DNA of 64,000 nucleotides from Chara braunii (taxonomy: Eukaryota > Plantae > Charophyceae): the NCBI GenBank assembly GCA_003427395.1, contig BFEA01000008.1, forward strand, positions 5,570,925-5,634,924, written 5' to 3'. Under the pieces are notes generated by a model. It was given only the letters and a program-made list of their open reading frames with translations, was not told the DNA's origin and searched no databases. Below, in pieces: positions 1-13,521 of the stretch (position 1 is its first letter; every line of letters starts with the position of its first letter). The position numbers and the translations under genes were made by a program.

Positions 1-546
1 GTTGTCAAACTGAACCCAGAAGTGGTTCTTCAGCATTGATTGCCTGTGTCTCGATGCTTCGGCTTGGGGCGGTCTAGGTGGCTTCCAGGGTTGGATTGTG
101 ACTACTGCCCCCTTGCATTTCAATNAGCCTATCGACANCAGGTACTGGNCATAGGTAGGATCCACACAGACGATCATCACGACAAACCTACCCCTCCTGT
201 GGAATGACACCTCTGGTNCCTTCCCGGGCACGTCCTCCATAGCTAGTAGTCTGTCCCNCACCCACCTTCTNTTCTCATTTAAAGAAAGNTCCCTGCTTCT
301 TCNGGAGNAGTTGAAAAGGACTGCNTGCTTCTCGTACAGCTCATTCAGAGATTGGATGTCCTCTTCAGGATATTCCCAAACGTCTACTTCCTCTTCCTTC
401 CCACCCTCTCNCTTGACTACTTCTTTTGTGATCTTAATCTCCGCCTTGACCTGCGTTTTCTCCATGAGGAAGTCCATTGCCTTTTGCCCCAGAGATCGCG
501 ATTTGGTTTCGCTTGCTGTTGGTGTTGTGCCTGAGTGTGATGCCAT
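1..546 (-). pseudogene. LINE ORF1-like N-terminal fragment (degenerate, runs off window)
   Basis: Hand translation gives MASHSGTTPTASETKSRSLGQKAMDFLMEK... and, after frameshifts/Ns, IQPWKPPRPPQAEASRHRQSMLKNHFWVQFDN. This resembles the PW...WVQ pattern of plant L1 ORF1. Confidence 0.45.
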
Positions 547-1149
547 CTGCTCCGTTTGAGAGATTGTCCTTCCCCCTTATCCACGAGCGAAGTCCAGTTT
601 CTCCCTCGCGCTCATTGCCTTTTGGGCTGCCATNGAGTACGTGGTCGCCATCTTGAGAACGGCTTACCNTGAATGGAACAGAAACACGGACTGGGCTACG
701 AAGGAGAAGGCAGGTGTTCTCTTTCGATCGCTTGTGGTCGCTTGCCAGAGAAACGATGGAAGATCTAAGAACATCGAAGATCGGGGGATAGAACTATGTA
801 TCCGAAAGTGACAGGAATCTCTTACAGATCGTGGGATTAAAGCGTAAAGAGAGTAGGCAGGGCTACGTGGGAGAGAAAAGCAATAAAGGAAAGTAGGGCT
901 TCTCCTGTGACTCGTAGGGACAGTATGGGGGGGGAAACCGATAGAGCTTCGCCACCCCACCTGGGGGTCGTAGGGGCGAAAAGGGGTAGAAGAAAGGNGG
1001 GGCTTTTCTTTNGGAATGTGAGGACCGTGCATACAAAAATGTTGGAACTTCGCCTCCCCACCTGGGGATCGCGTGATCGGCGCCTCGATGGAGAATACTA
1101 TAGGCAAACCGATGGATTGAATTTGCCTTGAAAAAAGCAATTAACTGAA

Positions 1150-2830
1150 AAGGNGACGTGTACGATGAAGATCCGGCTTACTAAGTAAGAGCGGAGAGTG
1201 ATGTGCGATGAGGGGAGGTGAGTGCTAATCGGGGATGATTTGGTGGCGAGGAAGAAAGACGTGATGTCGGGATGGGTTGGGTAGCGAACGAGGTGTGAGC
1301 AGGCGGTACTGGTTTGGGAGGTGCTATGGGTGTTTCCCGTGGTGGGGAGGGCCTCAGGGTGGAGGCGGGGAGCAAAGGAGATGATAGCGTGGTGAGTGCG
1401 TAAGGAGTGTACGGGGGGTGTCGAGGGTGTTTGGAATCTGGGGTTGAGAGTGAGAACCGACCGGGATCGCGTTGTAGTGAGATTGGAGACAGAGTGGGAT
1501 TCGGATGAAGATGAGTTACGATCGGGGCGGGACCGTAGTAAGTTCAGGATGAGATCAGGAGGGGAACTGAGATGGAGTGGATTTAGGATTGGATGGGATG
1601 AGGTAGAGACACGATGTGGAGAGGATTGGGATCGGGGAAGGACCAGGTTGCGCACTTGTTGTTAGCGGGGTGGGTTCACATTAGTTCAAGTCGCGAGCGA
1701 GGTAGAAGTGCTACAGGGCGGGGGGGGGGGGGGGGGAGTTAGACTTGCAAGTGAGTAAGGAGGGATGTGGGGAGAGATACGTGTAAGCTTGGGAGCATGG
1801 GGGCGAGCCGAACCTAGGGTGTGAAAGGGATGGACTCGGGTTGGGATCGGGATGGCGGGGCCGAATTGGAATCGGGGTGGGGACTGTATGTGATGGGGTA
1901 GATGTGATTCGGAAGTGGGATGGGATTGGACTTGAGATCGGGTTAGGAGGGGAGTGATGACGGGCCGTAGTTGGGAACAATTCTAGGGTGGGAGGGAAAT
2001 TGGGTTGGGAAAGGGGGGAGATGAGGTTGGGAGCCGGGAAGAGATCTGGATCGGGGGCGGGAGGAAAGAAGGTTGGGATTTTGGTTGGACTCGGGGTCGA
2101 GATCGTGGTTAAAGTCGAGGTAAGGAAGGAGGACGGGGGAGAAACAGAGAGGTGAGTGAACGAGTTCGATTTGGAACAAGGGTGGGAACGGGGCGGATCG
2201 AGGTGGGGTCGAGATTGGGTCGTGAGTGAGCCAGGTCACGATTGGTTGGAGTCGAGGTGGGGCAATGGGTAGAATCGGAGCGGAGATGAGGCTGGGAGCA
2301 AGAGTGAGGTCGATATGGAGAACGAGTGAGGGAACGAAAGGAGTCAGATTCACGCTCACGAACGAACACGAAGGATGATAGTATGTAGGTAGTCCGAATT
2401 GAGAGTGCGCGTCGTGGCAAGGTAACGATTCTGGAATGTGCGAGGGCGGTCCTGGAACTGGGGATGAGGGGCGAGCAAGAGATGGGTACAATTCGAGCTG
2501 AGACGGGACAGGTGGCGGACTGGGGGAGGTCGGGGTGAGGTTGGGGTCAGGTGAGAGATTAGGTAGGAAGATGTTGGGGAGAGACTCGATAGGTATGGTT
2601 GAGTCTATCAAAGAGTAATAGGAAGGAGGTTGGGAAAGAGAGGTTGGGATAGAGAAGCGATCAGGGAGTAGGTGAATAGGAGTCAGTCAGAGGGAAGTGG
2701 AGGTGGGGTCGGATTAAAAGAGAATCTTTGGTGTGGGGTCGCGATTCGTGGGGGTTGGGCCGGAAGCGGGATAGAGGTGGGACTGAGAAGAGATGAAGGT
2801 GGAGGAAGGGAGTAGGAATGCGGGGGTTGA
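1150..2830. repeat. Purine-rich (G/A) low-complexity region, probably TE-internal
   Basis: Strong G/A skew on +; the Pro/Ser-rich minus ORFs have no recognisable domain. Confidence 0.5.
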
Positions 2831-3479
2831 TGAACTGCTCTCACTCGGACTAGTCGGTCTTCATCTTTGCTGAGCTCCAGAATAAGCGGCAGTAGATCGT
2901 AGTCTTTTCTTCCGATGTGTAAGGATGTACCAAGCGTCCTTCTCGGAGGCTAGGCCGCGTGCTCGCTTCCACAAGACGTCTCAGAATCCCTGGAAAGTTT
3001 TCCCTAATCGGTGATCATGAAGAAGTGCGCGCATACAAGGCGCGCGCCCGTGGGTTTGGCGAAAGGGCGAGCTCCCATGGCGGTTCAAATCATCGCTTTC
3101 CCAGTCCTTCGTCACGGTGGCTCGGATGTAAGCGCGCCACCTCTATTTGACTCCGGTTCCTTCACCAATCGTCTTGCGCCGTGGACTTGGGGGATGCGCG
3201 TGCGCACAGGGGGCGCGCGCATGGTGCTCGGCGTGGTACGGGCGATGGCGAGAGTGCTAACTCTAGCGATGGTTCCCGACGACTCCCGCGTGGGGTCGAG
3301 CGGCAACGCGACATGGGCGCGGTGAAGCGCTACCCGAACGGCGCTCACGCGTCAGCATTCGCCGCGTCAGTCTGGTTCCTCAGCATCAGTCCGGTCGCGT
3401 CAGTCCGGTTCCTATTCCACCGGCAAGTCGGAATTATACACAACAATTAAGACATACTCTTTCCGTCTGGCCGAAGGAC

Positions 3480-4063
3480 CCCTGAGCAGCATTGATTACT
3501 CCGTCTTGACGGAGGATTGACTGTCAGCTTGCCATGACACCCTCTCTCCTCTCAGACCTGGTGGATAGGTCCGTCAGATAGTTCTAAAGTCCTAGAAGGA
3601 GTTTGCCTGGTTGTCTTGTCTGTCCCTTGTACTTCCTTTTATCCATCCTTGCCCTAGAGCCACCCTGTCCCCTCCCCGAAATTTCTCTACCCTCTCGGAA
3701 AATCCCTTAAACCCTTAATCCCTAAACCCTCGACTACTATCCTGCTCTATGACACCCTTACTTCCGTCTTATCCACCCCTCGTGATGTCTGATCATGGAA
3801 TGTCTTGTCCACCCGCAGTTGTCTGTTGCTGGTGAGTCCTTCCTGGGGTTGGGTTATGCCACTCTTTCCAGCCAATACGGTCTTCTCGTAACTCCACAAT
3901 CTTGCCGTTTATCCACCAGTTCTTGCTGAAGGTCCATCTCTCCTTCTTTCGTTGCTTCGGCTTGTATCATCATATCTGTCTCCACCCAAACTTTCTTGCG
4001 TGGGTTGGACAGTCCTTCAATCGTTCTGCTGCATCTTTCCATCCATATGACCCATAATGTTAC
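3480..4063 (-). mobile_element. LINE 3' fragment (ORF2 C-terminus and 3' UTR), paralog of the 4064-6780 copy
   Basis: ORF 3854..4042 (ERCSRTIEGLSNPRKKVWVET) is homologous to 4565..4948 (ERCSRTIERQSNPREKVWVET); truncated at the poly(T) at 4064. Confidence 0.7.
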
Positions 4064-6780
4064 CTTTTTTTTTTCTTTTTTTTTCTTCTTCTCAGATCCG
4101 GTAACCCGGTCTGCCAGATAAGTCTATGATGCCTAGAAAGAGAACAATCGCTGACCCCGCTGGTCTTTATATCCCATGTTGCCAAGACTACCCGAGAGGT
4201 CCACAATCCTCTGCCCCACCTTAACCTCCCTTATAGAAATCATCTTTTGCCCTTAAGCCCTAAATCCTCATCAGTGGTACTTCGAACCCCGCTCGCCCTT
4301 CAGATCCGGTAACCCGGTCGTGTTTTAATTCCGCCACTATTCCGCTGTTTCCCGTCTTCGTGGAGCGTCTGCCTTTAATTTTGCCGCTTGCATAGCATTT
4401 CTCCTAGAGTGGGTATGTTCACTTTTTCCAGCTGTCTTAAGAGCTTAGCCAGCCTGCTCGTGACCAATCCTGTCTCCTGTCCCCCGCATACCCTTTCTCC
4501 TTTTGGATACCGCTTCATCCCTGAGTCCTCAACCTTCGATGCATTGTCATTCTTCAGTTGGTTCTCAAGAAGTCATTAGCCTACCAGTAGTTGTCCGCTG
4601 TTGGAAGCCTCTTTCTGCCACTGAGTTATGCCACTCTCTCCAGCAGATACGATCTTCACATATCTCTGCAATCTTGCCGTCTATCAGCCAGTTCTTGTTA
4701 AACCTCAATCTCTCCTTCTTTCGCTGTTCCTCATCTTCTGTCCATGATTGCTTGGTCTTCCGCCATCTGCACAGGATCTCGGCTTGTATCATCGTTCTGG
4801 TTTCCACCCAAACCTTCTCCCGTGGGTTGGACTGTCTTTCAATTGTTCTGCTGCATCTCTCTTTCCATATGACCGATAGCGTCACCTTCCTGATGAGACC
4901 AAACCATATCTTTTCTGCCTTTCTGATCTGATCAGGGATGTTAGTCAAGAGGAGAAGTTGGATAGGTTGCTTAGGGAAGGGGGTTGGGAAGAGTGAGTCC
5001 CAGAGTGTCGAGGCTCTCGCCTAGTATTCTGTCGCCTCTCTGCAGTGCACTAGGCAGTGGACTATATGTTCAACTTCATCTTCCGAGCAAACTGTGCATA
5101 TTTCCGAACTGTTAGGATCTGAGACCTTTCGTCTAGTGTGTAGCCATTGATTCACTGGTAGTGCTTCATAGGCGATTAGCCATTGCAGACTTCTGATCTT
5201 AATTGGCCTGATCAGCTTGAATTTTTTCCATTGGATTTGTGTGAGTTTGTCTGCTTCTTGCCCTAATAGGTTCCGCCATCTGTTTTTGATGATAGGGTCT
5301 GGGTTCTTGGTTTTCAGAGACAGTCTATACCCCAGTTTGACTCTGTAGTCGTAGATTGGTTCTAATGTCTTTGGCCTTGTCCGGCGTCCACGCCCACTCA
5401 GCTGGATCAAATTCCAAGTTACGGACCGCTGTGTCAGGTCTGAAGATTGACTTTGGCCATGAGCCAAGGACCCGTACCTTCCTGAGTAAGAAGGATTCCA
5501 GAACTGTCGATTCCACCTTGCTATTCCGGATGGTTGGCATACCGGTAGTGGTCATGGATATCGGGAAAGAGAGAAAGGAGGCCCTGATGCAGCCTTGTTG
5601 CATGTGGGAGAACTGGAAGGCTCTGGAGGGAATCGTTTCTTGTATCATAATCCCCCATTCTCCAGGTTTCCATGGTGCGTCTTCTGTCAGGATATCTTTC
5701 CATTCTTGTGGGATGCGGCCAATGATGTATAGGAGGTTGGATCCTCGTTTGTGGCATCCTTTCAGTTGAGCGCTAACTTCCTGTTCAGTCTTCCATTCCT
5801 TTCTGTCCTCATTCCATAAGTGATCTATTTTCCAGATTCCATTTTTGACCCAGGAGAGCCATCTGTGCTCTAGGAAGAGTGGGTTATCACCCTCATTTGT
5901 TATCCATTGGTTTCCGAAGAGTGGTTGCCTTAATACTTCATCCTTGGATCTAGGTCTATTGGTCTTACTAGGAATTATTTTTCTCCAGATTTGAAGCAGC
6001 GCCGACCAGTATGGAGTAGACAGCCTATAGCCCTCTTGTCTGGTGTCCCTCGTTCGATTCCTTCACCCTGTGGTTATGACCCAGTATTTGTTCAGTACCC
6101 AAAACAGTTCTGGCGCCCGTTTTCAAATTCCTTCTTTTTGGACTTTCGGATTTCGTGCACTTGGTGCTGTCCGGCATTCTGGCGCCCACTCTCAGACTTT
6201 CGGTTTTCAGTTCTGGCCCTGAGGCATTTTCACTTTGGCCCTGAGGACCGTACTTGAGTCCGGTACTGAAGTACTGACTCAAGCACAGTACGGACATAAG
6301 TTTTCAGCCTCAGTGCGACTTTGCTTCGACATTGTGTTCGGGAATTTAAGACTGCGGCTTTGCGACTTTTGCCATTTTGTGTCTGCGTCCGTCGAGTCTG
6401 CGTCGAGTTGAGTGAGCATGTGTGTGTGCTCTCACTCCCCCTCTCTCTCCCAGCCTCACTGCTCTGCCTCTGCCTCGTCACACACACCCTCAATGTTTCC
6501 CCCTTCTCAGGTAAGAATAACATTCAAGCACCATAGGGAGAAGTACTTGGCTAATCCATCCCTTGTCAGAAAATTTGTTCAATTGTTTTTTTGTGGAGCT
6601 CATCTAACTCCGCTAAAGACATCCTATAGATCCTACCCCTAGTCACCTTACTTCCAGGGATAATCCCTATGGCATGGCTGACCTCTCTTTCAATAACTTC
6701 TTCTGGAGGTCTGGATATCTAGCGACGACTCTTTCTCTCCAGGGTTCTTTACGGCCTGCCCCTTTTGAGACACAAAGACT
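4064..6780 (-). mobile_element. L1/Tx1-type LINE, 3' part of ORF2 with zf-RVT and poly(A) tail; interrupted at about 6040-6530
   Basis: 5021..5467 has KIRSLQWLIAYEALPVN...CTVCSEDEVEHIVHCLVHC (zf-RVT CCHC); T-rich tail at 4064-4090; frameshifted. Confidence 0.8.
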
Positions 6781-7936
6781 ACGGGTAGGTACATGTCCTC
6801 ATCCCGATTCTGCTTGTTATAGTTGTAAGACCCGCTCGCGCACAAACAACCATAAGAGTCTGCCAACTTCTAGAGACTGTACTTCTTGAGAAGGATTGTC
6901 CTCCCTCAGGCAGTTTGTACTTCATGGTCTTACTCTCCCAGTCAAATTGGGACTTAGCAACCACAAGATCGAACATGGCTAGGATCGTGTCAAATGAGAG
7001 TTCGTTGCTTACCAAGAAAGAAAAGTTATGCCTCATTTTTCCTTCCCCACAGGGGAAGGTATGTACTACATCCTTTATGTAGTCCACCACTATCCTGTGC
7101 TTGTTAGCTAACGTATATACTACACGTCTACTTAGCCGCTGCACCTGGTCCCCTAAGCACAGCCTATCCATACAAGTGCGGCCAATGTAATTGTGTGTAG
7201 ATCCGATGTCTGCCAAGGTCCCTGATTCACGGCCACCTACATCGACTTCTACAACTATCAATTCTCCCTTTGGACCTTCTGCTGTGGCCACCTAGGAAGC
7301 TAGTAGGTCCTTCTTAGACCATTGCTCTTCTAGCTCCTCTAAGGACTCACTCACATCCCTTGAACAGAGCATCTCACCTGGTCCGTCTGTGACTGCGGGG
7401 TGACAGTGGGGTCAGTAACGTGAATTACCCTCCTCTGAGAGGTTGAGGGGCATCCTACCTGCTCAGACCTTGTACAAGCAGTTACAACTTCCACTGGCTC
7501 GCTTGGTTTCCCTCCGTGCTGCTGTTGCGGTTTCTGCTGGTACTTCGCTTCGTTCAGGTCGGAGCACCTACTCTTGCTGCAACCCAATTTGCCACACCTC
7601 ATGCAAGCAGCCCCATAATATCTATCCTTCCAGTCGCTTTCCTCTAGGCCCTCTCTGATCCAACCGTGTTCACGTGGCCTATCACTTTGACACCGGGACC
7701 GGCCTCCCTTAGCTTGTGCTGCGGGCACTACGACTCCCTCTTGGCTGGCCCCACTCGGACCGTCCGTCCAGGACCGGGGTTAATCCTGTACCTCCTCTGC
7801 ATTCGCTTCTGCATCAGCAAAGAGAAGGTGCCCTTTCTTCATCCCGTCCTGGGGCTGTTCCTTCTTCTGCCCTGCTAATGGGCCCCTGTGCACCAGTGTT
7901 GCTTAGCTTAGCCTCTAAGTCAAACACCCACCATCT
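6779..7936 (-). mobile_element. Ty3/gypsy gag C-terminus (zinc knuckle) and aspartic protease remnant
   Basis: CMRCGKLGCSKSRC knuckle (7351..7728); LADIGSTHNYI and DTILAM protease-like motifs (6779..7291). Confidence 0.8.
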
Positions 7937-8413
7937 TGTTACATGCCCAGTTGGGCGAGGTACATATAAACCAAGGATCCGCAATGTGATGAAAAGGACT
8001 GAATGGACAATGCAGTGCACGTGAAATCTCAACAAGCAGTGTACATTCTGATACATACAAAATGGTGCTTTACAGCGCAGCGGAAGACTTAGATACAAGT
8101 CCTCACCTGACCGGGACTGACCTCTTTCACGTAGTACAAGATAGCGCAGCAGAATACTAGAATACTAATGACTAACCCAATCAATGTTACAACACAGACC
8201 AAACATACATCATTCTCACCACACGGTGTGAAGGGAGCCTGGCGCTATACACAGGAAGAGGCGCCAGGTCTATCTCATGCACAGACGAAGAGGAGAGGAT
8301 CAGATGGAGAAGAGGAGGGGAGAGATGGGAAAGTCGTCAACACCAAGTCTCGTTACAAGTCCCCAATAATCCCTCGTCAAAATGTCTGAAGTCCAATGTC
8401 GAGTCTGGNNNNN

Positions 8414-8461
<48 letters not shown>

Positions 8462-9163
8462 TCTGCTGATGCAGTGAAGTCAGATAACGAGAGGGTGAGA
8501 GGGAGATGGTGGACTGAGAAGAGGGAGAAGAAGAACTCTCTCTCTCTCATATGCCAGGTACTAACCTGTACCTTGAAGACGAAGCTGGAGCGATGGCGCT
8601 GCAGGTAAGTTCCCCTGGCCTCCGCCCAATCTCTCCCTCGATAGTACTACTCTAGCTGTTATGGCGCCCAGCGCTGACGACTACAGCTAACGCTACTAGT
8701 ACTCCTGCAGCGCTTCTTCAGAGTGCTGCTGCCAAATCCTGAAGACTACCTCCTGCCTCCTGAACTGCACGTGAAGTGCCTGGGAAGTACCTAGGAACTA
8801 CCTACCGGCCTGCAGGGCGGGCCAGTCCTATGTAGTGCTGGCCCGTCCAGGAGGCTTCTCTTGCCAATGCCGAAACGTGCCGGACCCTGATTTGAAGCTC
8901 AACCAGGGGTTGTCTTGAAAACAGGCCTGAAATGGCCTGTGCTAAAACCCTGATTTGTTGCCTGAGTTTCAGGGCGGGTCGGACTGATGAGGGCCTGAAA
9001 ATGGCCCTCAGTTTCAGGATGAAAATACTCAGGGCTGGAAAGGCCCTAATTTAGCCTGAAACGACACAGGGCCTGTAGGCCCTTGTTTTCAGGCTTTTGG
9101 CCTGAAAACGTCACAGGCCTGAAATGGGGCCTGTGCAGCCTGTTGCAGTCGCAGCATGTAACA
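7937..9163. mobile_element. LTR inserted into a gag remnant; contains a (CT)n tract and small gap
   Basis: Perfect 10-bp terminal inverted repeats TGTTACATGC...GCATGTAACA. Left part is similar to about 33850-34200. No matching 5-bp TSD (CATCT vs TTAGT). Confidence 0.7.
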
Positions 9164-9720
9164 TTAGTGAGGCAATGTTATTCCTACTGGAAGTGGACTC
9201 GTTGACGAGCCAACCGTTGATACGTGGTCAAACATATGTCCTGATCATACCTAATGCCAGGGAACCATGATCAGTTTCTCCGCCCTGTCAGTGGCCTCCC
9301 ACACAGACCTGTACCTTGTCAGGTCCGAGTTCTTCAACTCATCTGTCACTCGCTGTGCCCGTTGGTGGCCATGGCATTTGGCTTCAACGAGCGTCATAAA
9401 CCGATCCAGGTTGACATGAGCTGCCCATGCATCCATGTCCTTGCCAAACCCCCTGCCTCTGCGATCATGCCATCTAGCCCCCTTGAACCCTACTCTCCAA
9501 GTCTGATGTTCTTTGACTACAGTAACTTTATTGAAGTCTTTTGAACTTTTATTCCACTTCTCCGTCCTCTGTTCCCATTCTTAGATTTCCACTCTGTCCT
9601 AAACATCTGGACCCCCATTCGTCCAAGATCCCCTGTCTCTGAAACCTCTCCCTGTATCTTGTTCTGATCAGCAATCTGCATCCTTACCCTGACTTTCACT
9701 CCTATGATCCCCACCTATCC
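9164..9720 (-). mobile_element. Ty3/gypsy gag fragment
   Basis: ORF 9251..9436 MDAWAAHVNLDRFMTLVEAKCH...; same strand as the gag/protease on the other side of the LTR. Confidence 0.55.
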
Positions 9721-10513
9721 GTTTTCCCTGTCACCTTGCTTGCCTCTGGTGACTGTGCAGTGTTGGCGATAATGGATCTGATGGCAAACATGTATGCAGG
9801 ATGGGCGGCTGCATCACAATTCAGATTTATTTATAGCTGGTTGGTCACCAGGCTGTTTTCATTGGCCGGCACATATAACTGCAGACTTCCGTCTGTAGCA
9901 TCGTAATCTCTAGTGTTAACAGTCCCTGCTTCAGCCTGCGGCACAGTTCACTGGCTGCCCGTATCAGAACCTTCCACACCTCTGGTGAGAGATGGTTAAC
10001 GGAGGGCCGAAAATTCACCGCGTTAAACTATGGCAGAGAACCTTCCGTTTTCACCTCATCACCACAAGCAGCTTAGTGGAAAATTCACCAAAAATAACAC
10101 CCCCTGTTACCCACGTGGACACCTGGCAGCAAACTATGGCATGAATTTGGTCGACTTATTGAACTTTATTCCTATTGATGGATGCTTCTCCGACTTCTGA
10201 CTTATGGAGTTCTCTACGGTTTCCAAGATTATCAACTGCGGCTTCTACATTATTACTCAGACTTGATTTGCCTTTTACGCAGCTCAAGCCATGATCTATA
10301 TCGGTTGGGGCAACTGCAGAGCAGCAGACAGATGAAGTGGCTACTACTCGATCAATGCTGTACATTTCACTTGAGTAATCTTGATTCTTGACTGCCATTT
10401 CAATGGTCGTCTGTCGCAATTCTTCCTTGGAAGATGCATTTCATCGTCCGAAGATTTTGCCGTTCTAGAGTACAGTTTGCACCTTTGCAGGTCTCTGACA
10501 TTATGGTTTCTAT

Positions 10514-11213
10514 CATACTTGCAACCGCACGAGCCGCACATTCGTGCGGAGTTCCGTGCGGGGGGTGCCTGTGCGGAATCGTGCAGGGTTTTTTTTTTTT
10601 TTTTTTTTTTTTTTTGGGAGGGGGAACACGGGGGTGTATGACAGGAAGATGGGGATATGGCGAGGAGAGGGGGATACGGAGAGGAGGAGGAGGATGTGGA
10701 CGAGGAGGACGACGAGGATAGCGAGGATGGCTAGGAGGAGTCGAGATGGGGGGAGGAGAAGAGATGGGCGGAGGGAAAAGAGGAAGGGCAGGAGGAGGAG
10801 GAAACATGGACGGCGAGGAAGGGGAGGACACGAGGGAAGGGGAGGACATGAGGAAGGGAAGGAACCGAGGAGGCATGGAAGATGAAGAAGTACGAGGAGG
10901 AGGAGGAGACAAGGAGAATGAGGAAGAGCAGGAGGAGGACGAACAGGAGGAGGACGAACAGGAGGAGATGAAAAGGAGAAGGGAGGAGGAGACATGGAGG
11001 ATGAGGAAGGGGAGGAGGAACAAGGTGAGGCAGTACTCCTGTAAATTTTTTTTTCATCTCGGTTGTAATTTTGGCGGGGGGCCTCAAACGCACCATTTCG
11101 AACCCGGCCTTTTTTTTTTCTGAGGGGGGTGACGGGTCATTTCCCGCACACGTCGTGCGCCGCACGGGATCGGTTGGGCGTGTGCGCCGCACGACGTGCG
11201 CTTGCAAAGTATG
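10514..11213. mobile_element. hAT-type MITE, 700 bp
   Basis: TIRs CATACTTGCAA / TTGCAAAGTATG; exact 8-bp TSD GTTTCTAT at 10506-10513 and 11214-11221; subterminal CGCAC motifs; GAG-rich interior. Confidence 0.9.
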
Positions 11214-12574
11214 GTTTCTATTCATTGACCTGAGATTACATGATTCGTCATTATTTCAGACGCGTTATAGATGTAAGAATCACTTTTCTTTTCCTTGTGT
11301 TCAGGAGTAGTAGGATATTTCAGTGCGTTCTTGATAAGATACTTATTTTTCAGAGGTTCTTCTACAGCAGGCTTCAGGTTGGACCGACCCCTTTCCGGCT
11401 TCCCGCCCCCCTTTTTTCAAGAGATTGTTCAGACATTTAGCAGCCGGGACATTTTCCCTTCAGTGAGGGGGATAGTGTTACGGGTGTGCCCAGGGGTCAA
11501 TCCATGGGCCTTGTGCAGGGTACTGGACCACCTTTTTTTTGCTTGGCGCGCCTGCGGTACGAGCACATTTTACATTTCTGTGCCTTGACGTTTTCGGCGG
11601 TACCCTTGTGGTACCGACTTATTCTGGTCCCACATACTGCGGGTACATCTTGTGCTGTACTGTATTTCAGACAATTGGAGTGTGAGTTCGACATTGAGTT
11701 GCTGCTGGTACTCTTCTCTGAGCGTCCGTTCATCCTTACCGATCGATGTTTTCTGCATTGGAGTCTGGTTGTGGCTATGTGTGCGTCCACTCCCCCTCAC
11801 ACCTCCTCCTCCTCCTCCTCCTTGAACCCAGCGCTAATCGCATGGTGCCTTAAGTTGCAAGCTATGATAGAGTGGGCTGCTGCCCAAGTTGCCAGCTATA
11901 CTATCTAAGCTGTTGACTTACAGCAACTTACATGCCAGTCTTTGGTGAATGGCATGGGCAGATTACTGCTCTCTAGCATGGCAATTGTGTGTGAAAGACC
12001 GGCAATCTGCTAATCCGTCATAACAACTAACATGCCAATCTTGGGTGAATGCCATGGGTACATTACTGTTCTCTATCATTGCGAGTGTGTGTGTGAGAGA
12101 GAGTCATAGAGGTTCAAACTCCCTACCCGTTTACTGGTACCTGCCTGTAGCCCTTCCCTCCACCTCCTTTTCCTTCTCATGCTGGTGGAGAAAAAACACA
12201 GTGATGGCATTCGAGTTTTCATCACGAGGTACAGTGATGGTGCTTGAAGCTTTGGACGGATTTTGACGGTCTTCGTCATTGGGCATGGTTATCATTTTTT
12301 TTTATTTTTTTTTTTACTGCAGACGGAGGCAAATTTTACGGTGAGCCTGGTTGTTGGATCTCTCTTGGGGCTTTGCACGGCCATTTGCTTGCATCGTGTA
12401 ATGAAGGTACTGCGTGTGTACTATGTGGACGACGGTACCTTTGAACGAACCGACAACCACTCATGGCGAATGACAGGCAGGCTGTCACCATTTGGATCCT
12501 TCAGCAACCGAAGACAATCCTTGTCTCCGTACGCAGGTGAGTTGACTCCCCCTCGCAGATATTTTTCCTTCTTC

Positions 12575-12790
12575 GTGTGTTGCATTCTCCTCGTCCGTTC
12601 ATCATTGGTGAGCATTCCTTCATTCTTGCTTCAATAGTTTTTTGCATTGTGGCACTATAAGGGCTCCTCTTGGTGTCTCTATCTACCGCCTGTGTTGCAT
12701 TCTCCTCATCCGTTCATCATCGGTGAGGATTCCTTCATTCTTGCTTCAACAGGTTTTTTCAATGTGGCAATATAATGGCTCCTCTTGGTT
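12575..12790. repeat. Tandem duplication, about 115 bp x2
   Basis: tgtgttgcattctcctc...ggctcctcttgg at about 12576 and about 12691. Confidence 0.85.
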
Positions 12791-13221
12791 GTGGCATTCT
12801 ATTCTCTAATGGATCAAGGGAGCCAAGTTCAGCCAACAGTTTTGTTTAAATGTAGTGGTTGGGTTCAGGATGAATGGTGGTAGCAGGCTTTGAGGTACAA
12901 GTGAGAGATGGGGCTGGCCTCCAAGTTGAACCATATGCGCTTCTCACAATGTTTTTACCTGTTTTCACTGTTTTTCAGTTCTAACTTCTAATGCAATGAA
13001 CTGGGTGTACTTCTGTTCCATCAGCCCGGAAAGGCAGCTATCGGAGTACTAAACCAGTTTATGATTAAAAAAAAAAAAAAAAAACCGGTTTATGGATTTG
13101 GTTAGTCAGTGACATCTAGGATATGGTGAGACAAAGCTCAGCATCAATAGTAGCAGCATGCTTGGAGGGTCAGGTGAGAGATGGGACAGGTCCTCTTTTT
13201 TTTTTCCTTTTTACTTCGAAG

Positions 13222-13317
13222 ATGGACCCTTTCTCAGTTTATGTGTGTCATCCTTGTGTAGGGGCCATGCTAATTGTGCCTGTCTCGTTCAATTTTTCAC
13301 GGATGTCCCACAAGACA
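13222..13317 (-). pseudogene. U6: U6 snRNA retropseudogene
   Basis: Reverse complement GGGACATCCG..AAAATTG.AACGA.ACAG...ATTAGCATGGCCCCT.C.CAAGGATGACAC.CATAAA..GAGAAA.GGTCCA aligns with plant U6. The ACAGAGA box is mutated to ACAGGCA. A-rich tail at 13196-13212; diverged about 16-bp direct repeats at about 13181 and 13317. Confidence 0.92.
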
Positions 13318-13521
13318 TGGGACCAGCCCTCTTAACCGGGCCTGATTCCACTGTTGTACTCAAAAACTTCACAGTGTAAGAATTTGATTGCAGAGAACTG
13401 GTACCAAACCATACACATGCTCATGAATATTACGATGAATGATGATCCTGCAATAGACTTGGATAGTCTTAAGAGGGATTTTTTGGTCTATTTAGAAGTT
13501 ACAACCGTCCTTCTTTTTGAG

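Noticed and set aside
3700-3732. Telomere-like CCCTAAA units
   Set aside because: Only about three degenerate units inside a LINE 3' UTR
9740-10500. Possible host-gene exon remnant
   Set aside because: Multiple stops and no recognisable domain or splice structure
12840-13040. Possible SRP/7SL RNA fragment
   Set aside because: Similarity is limited to a few short words
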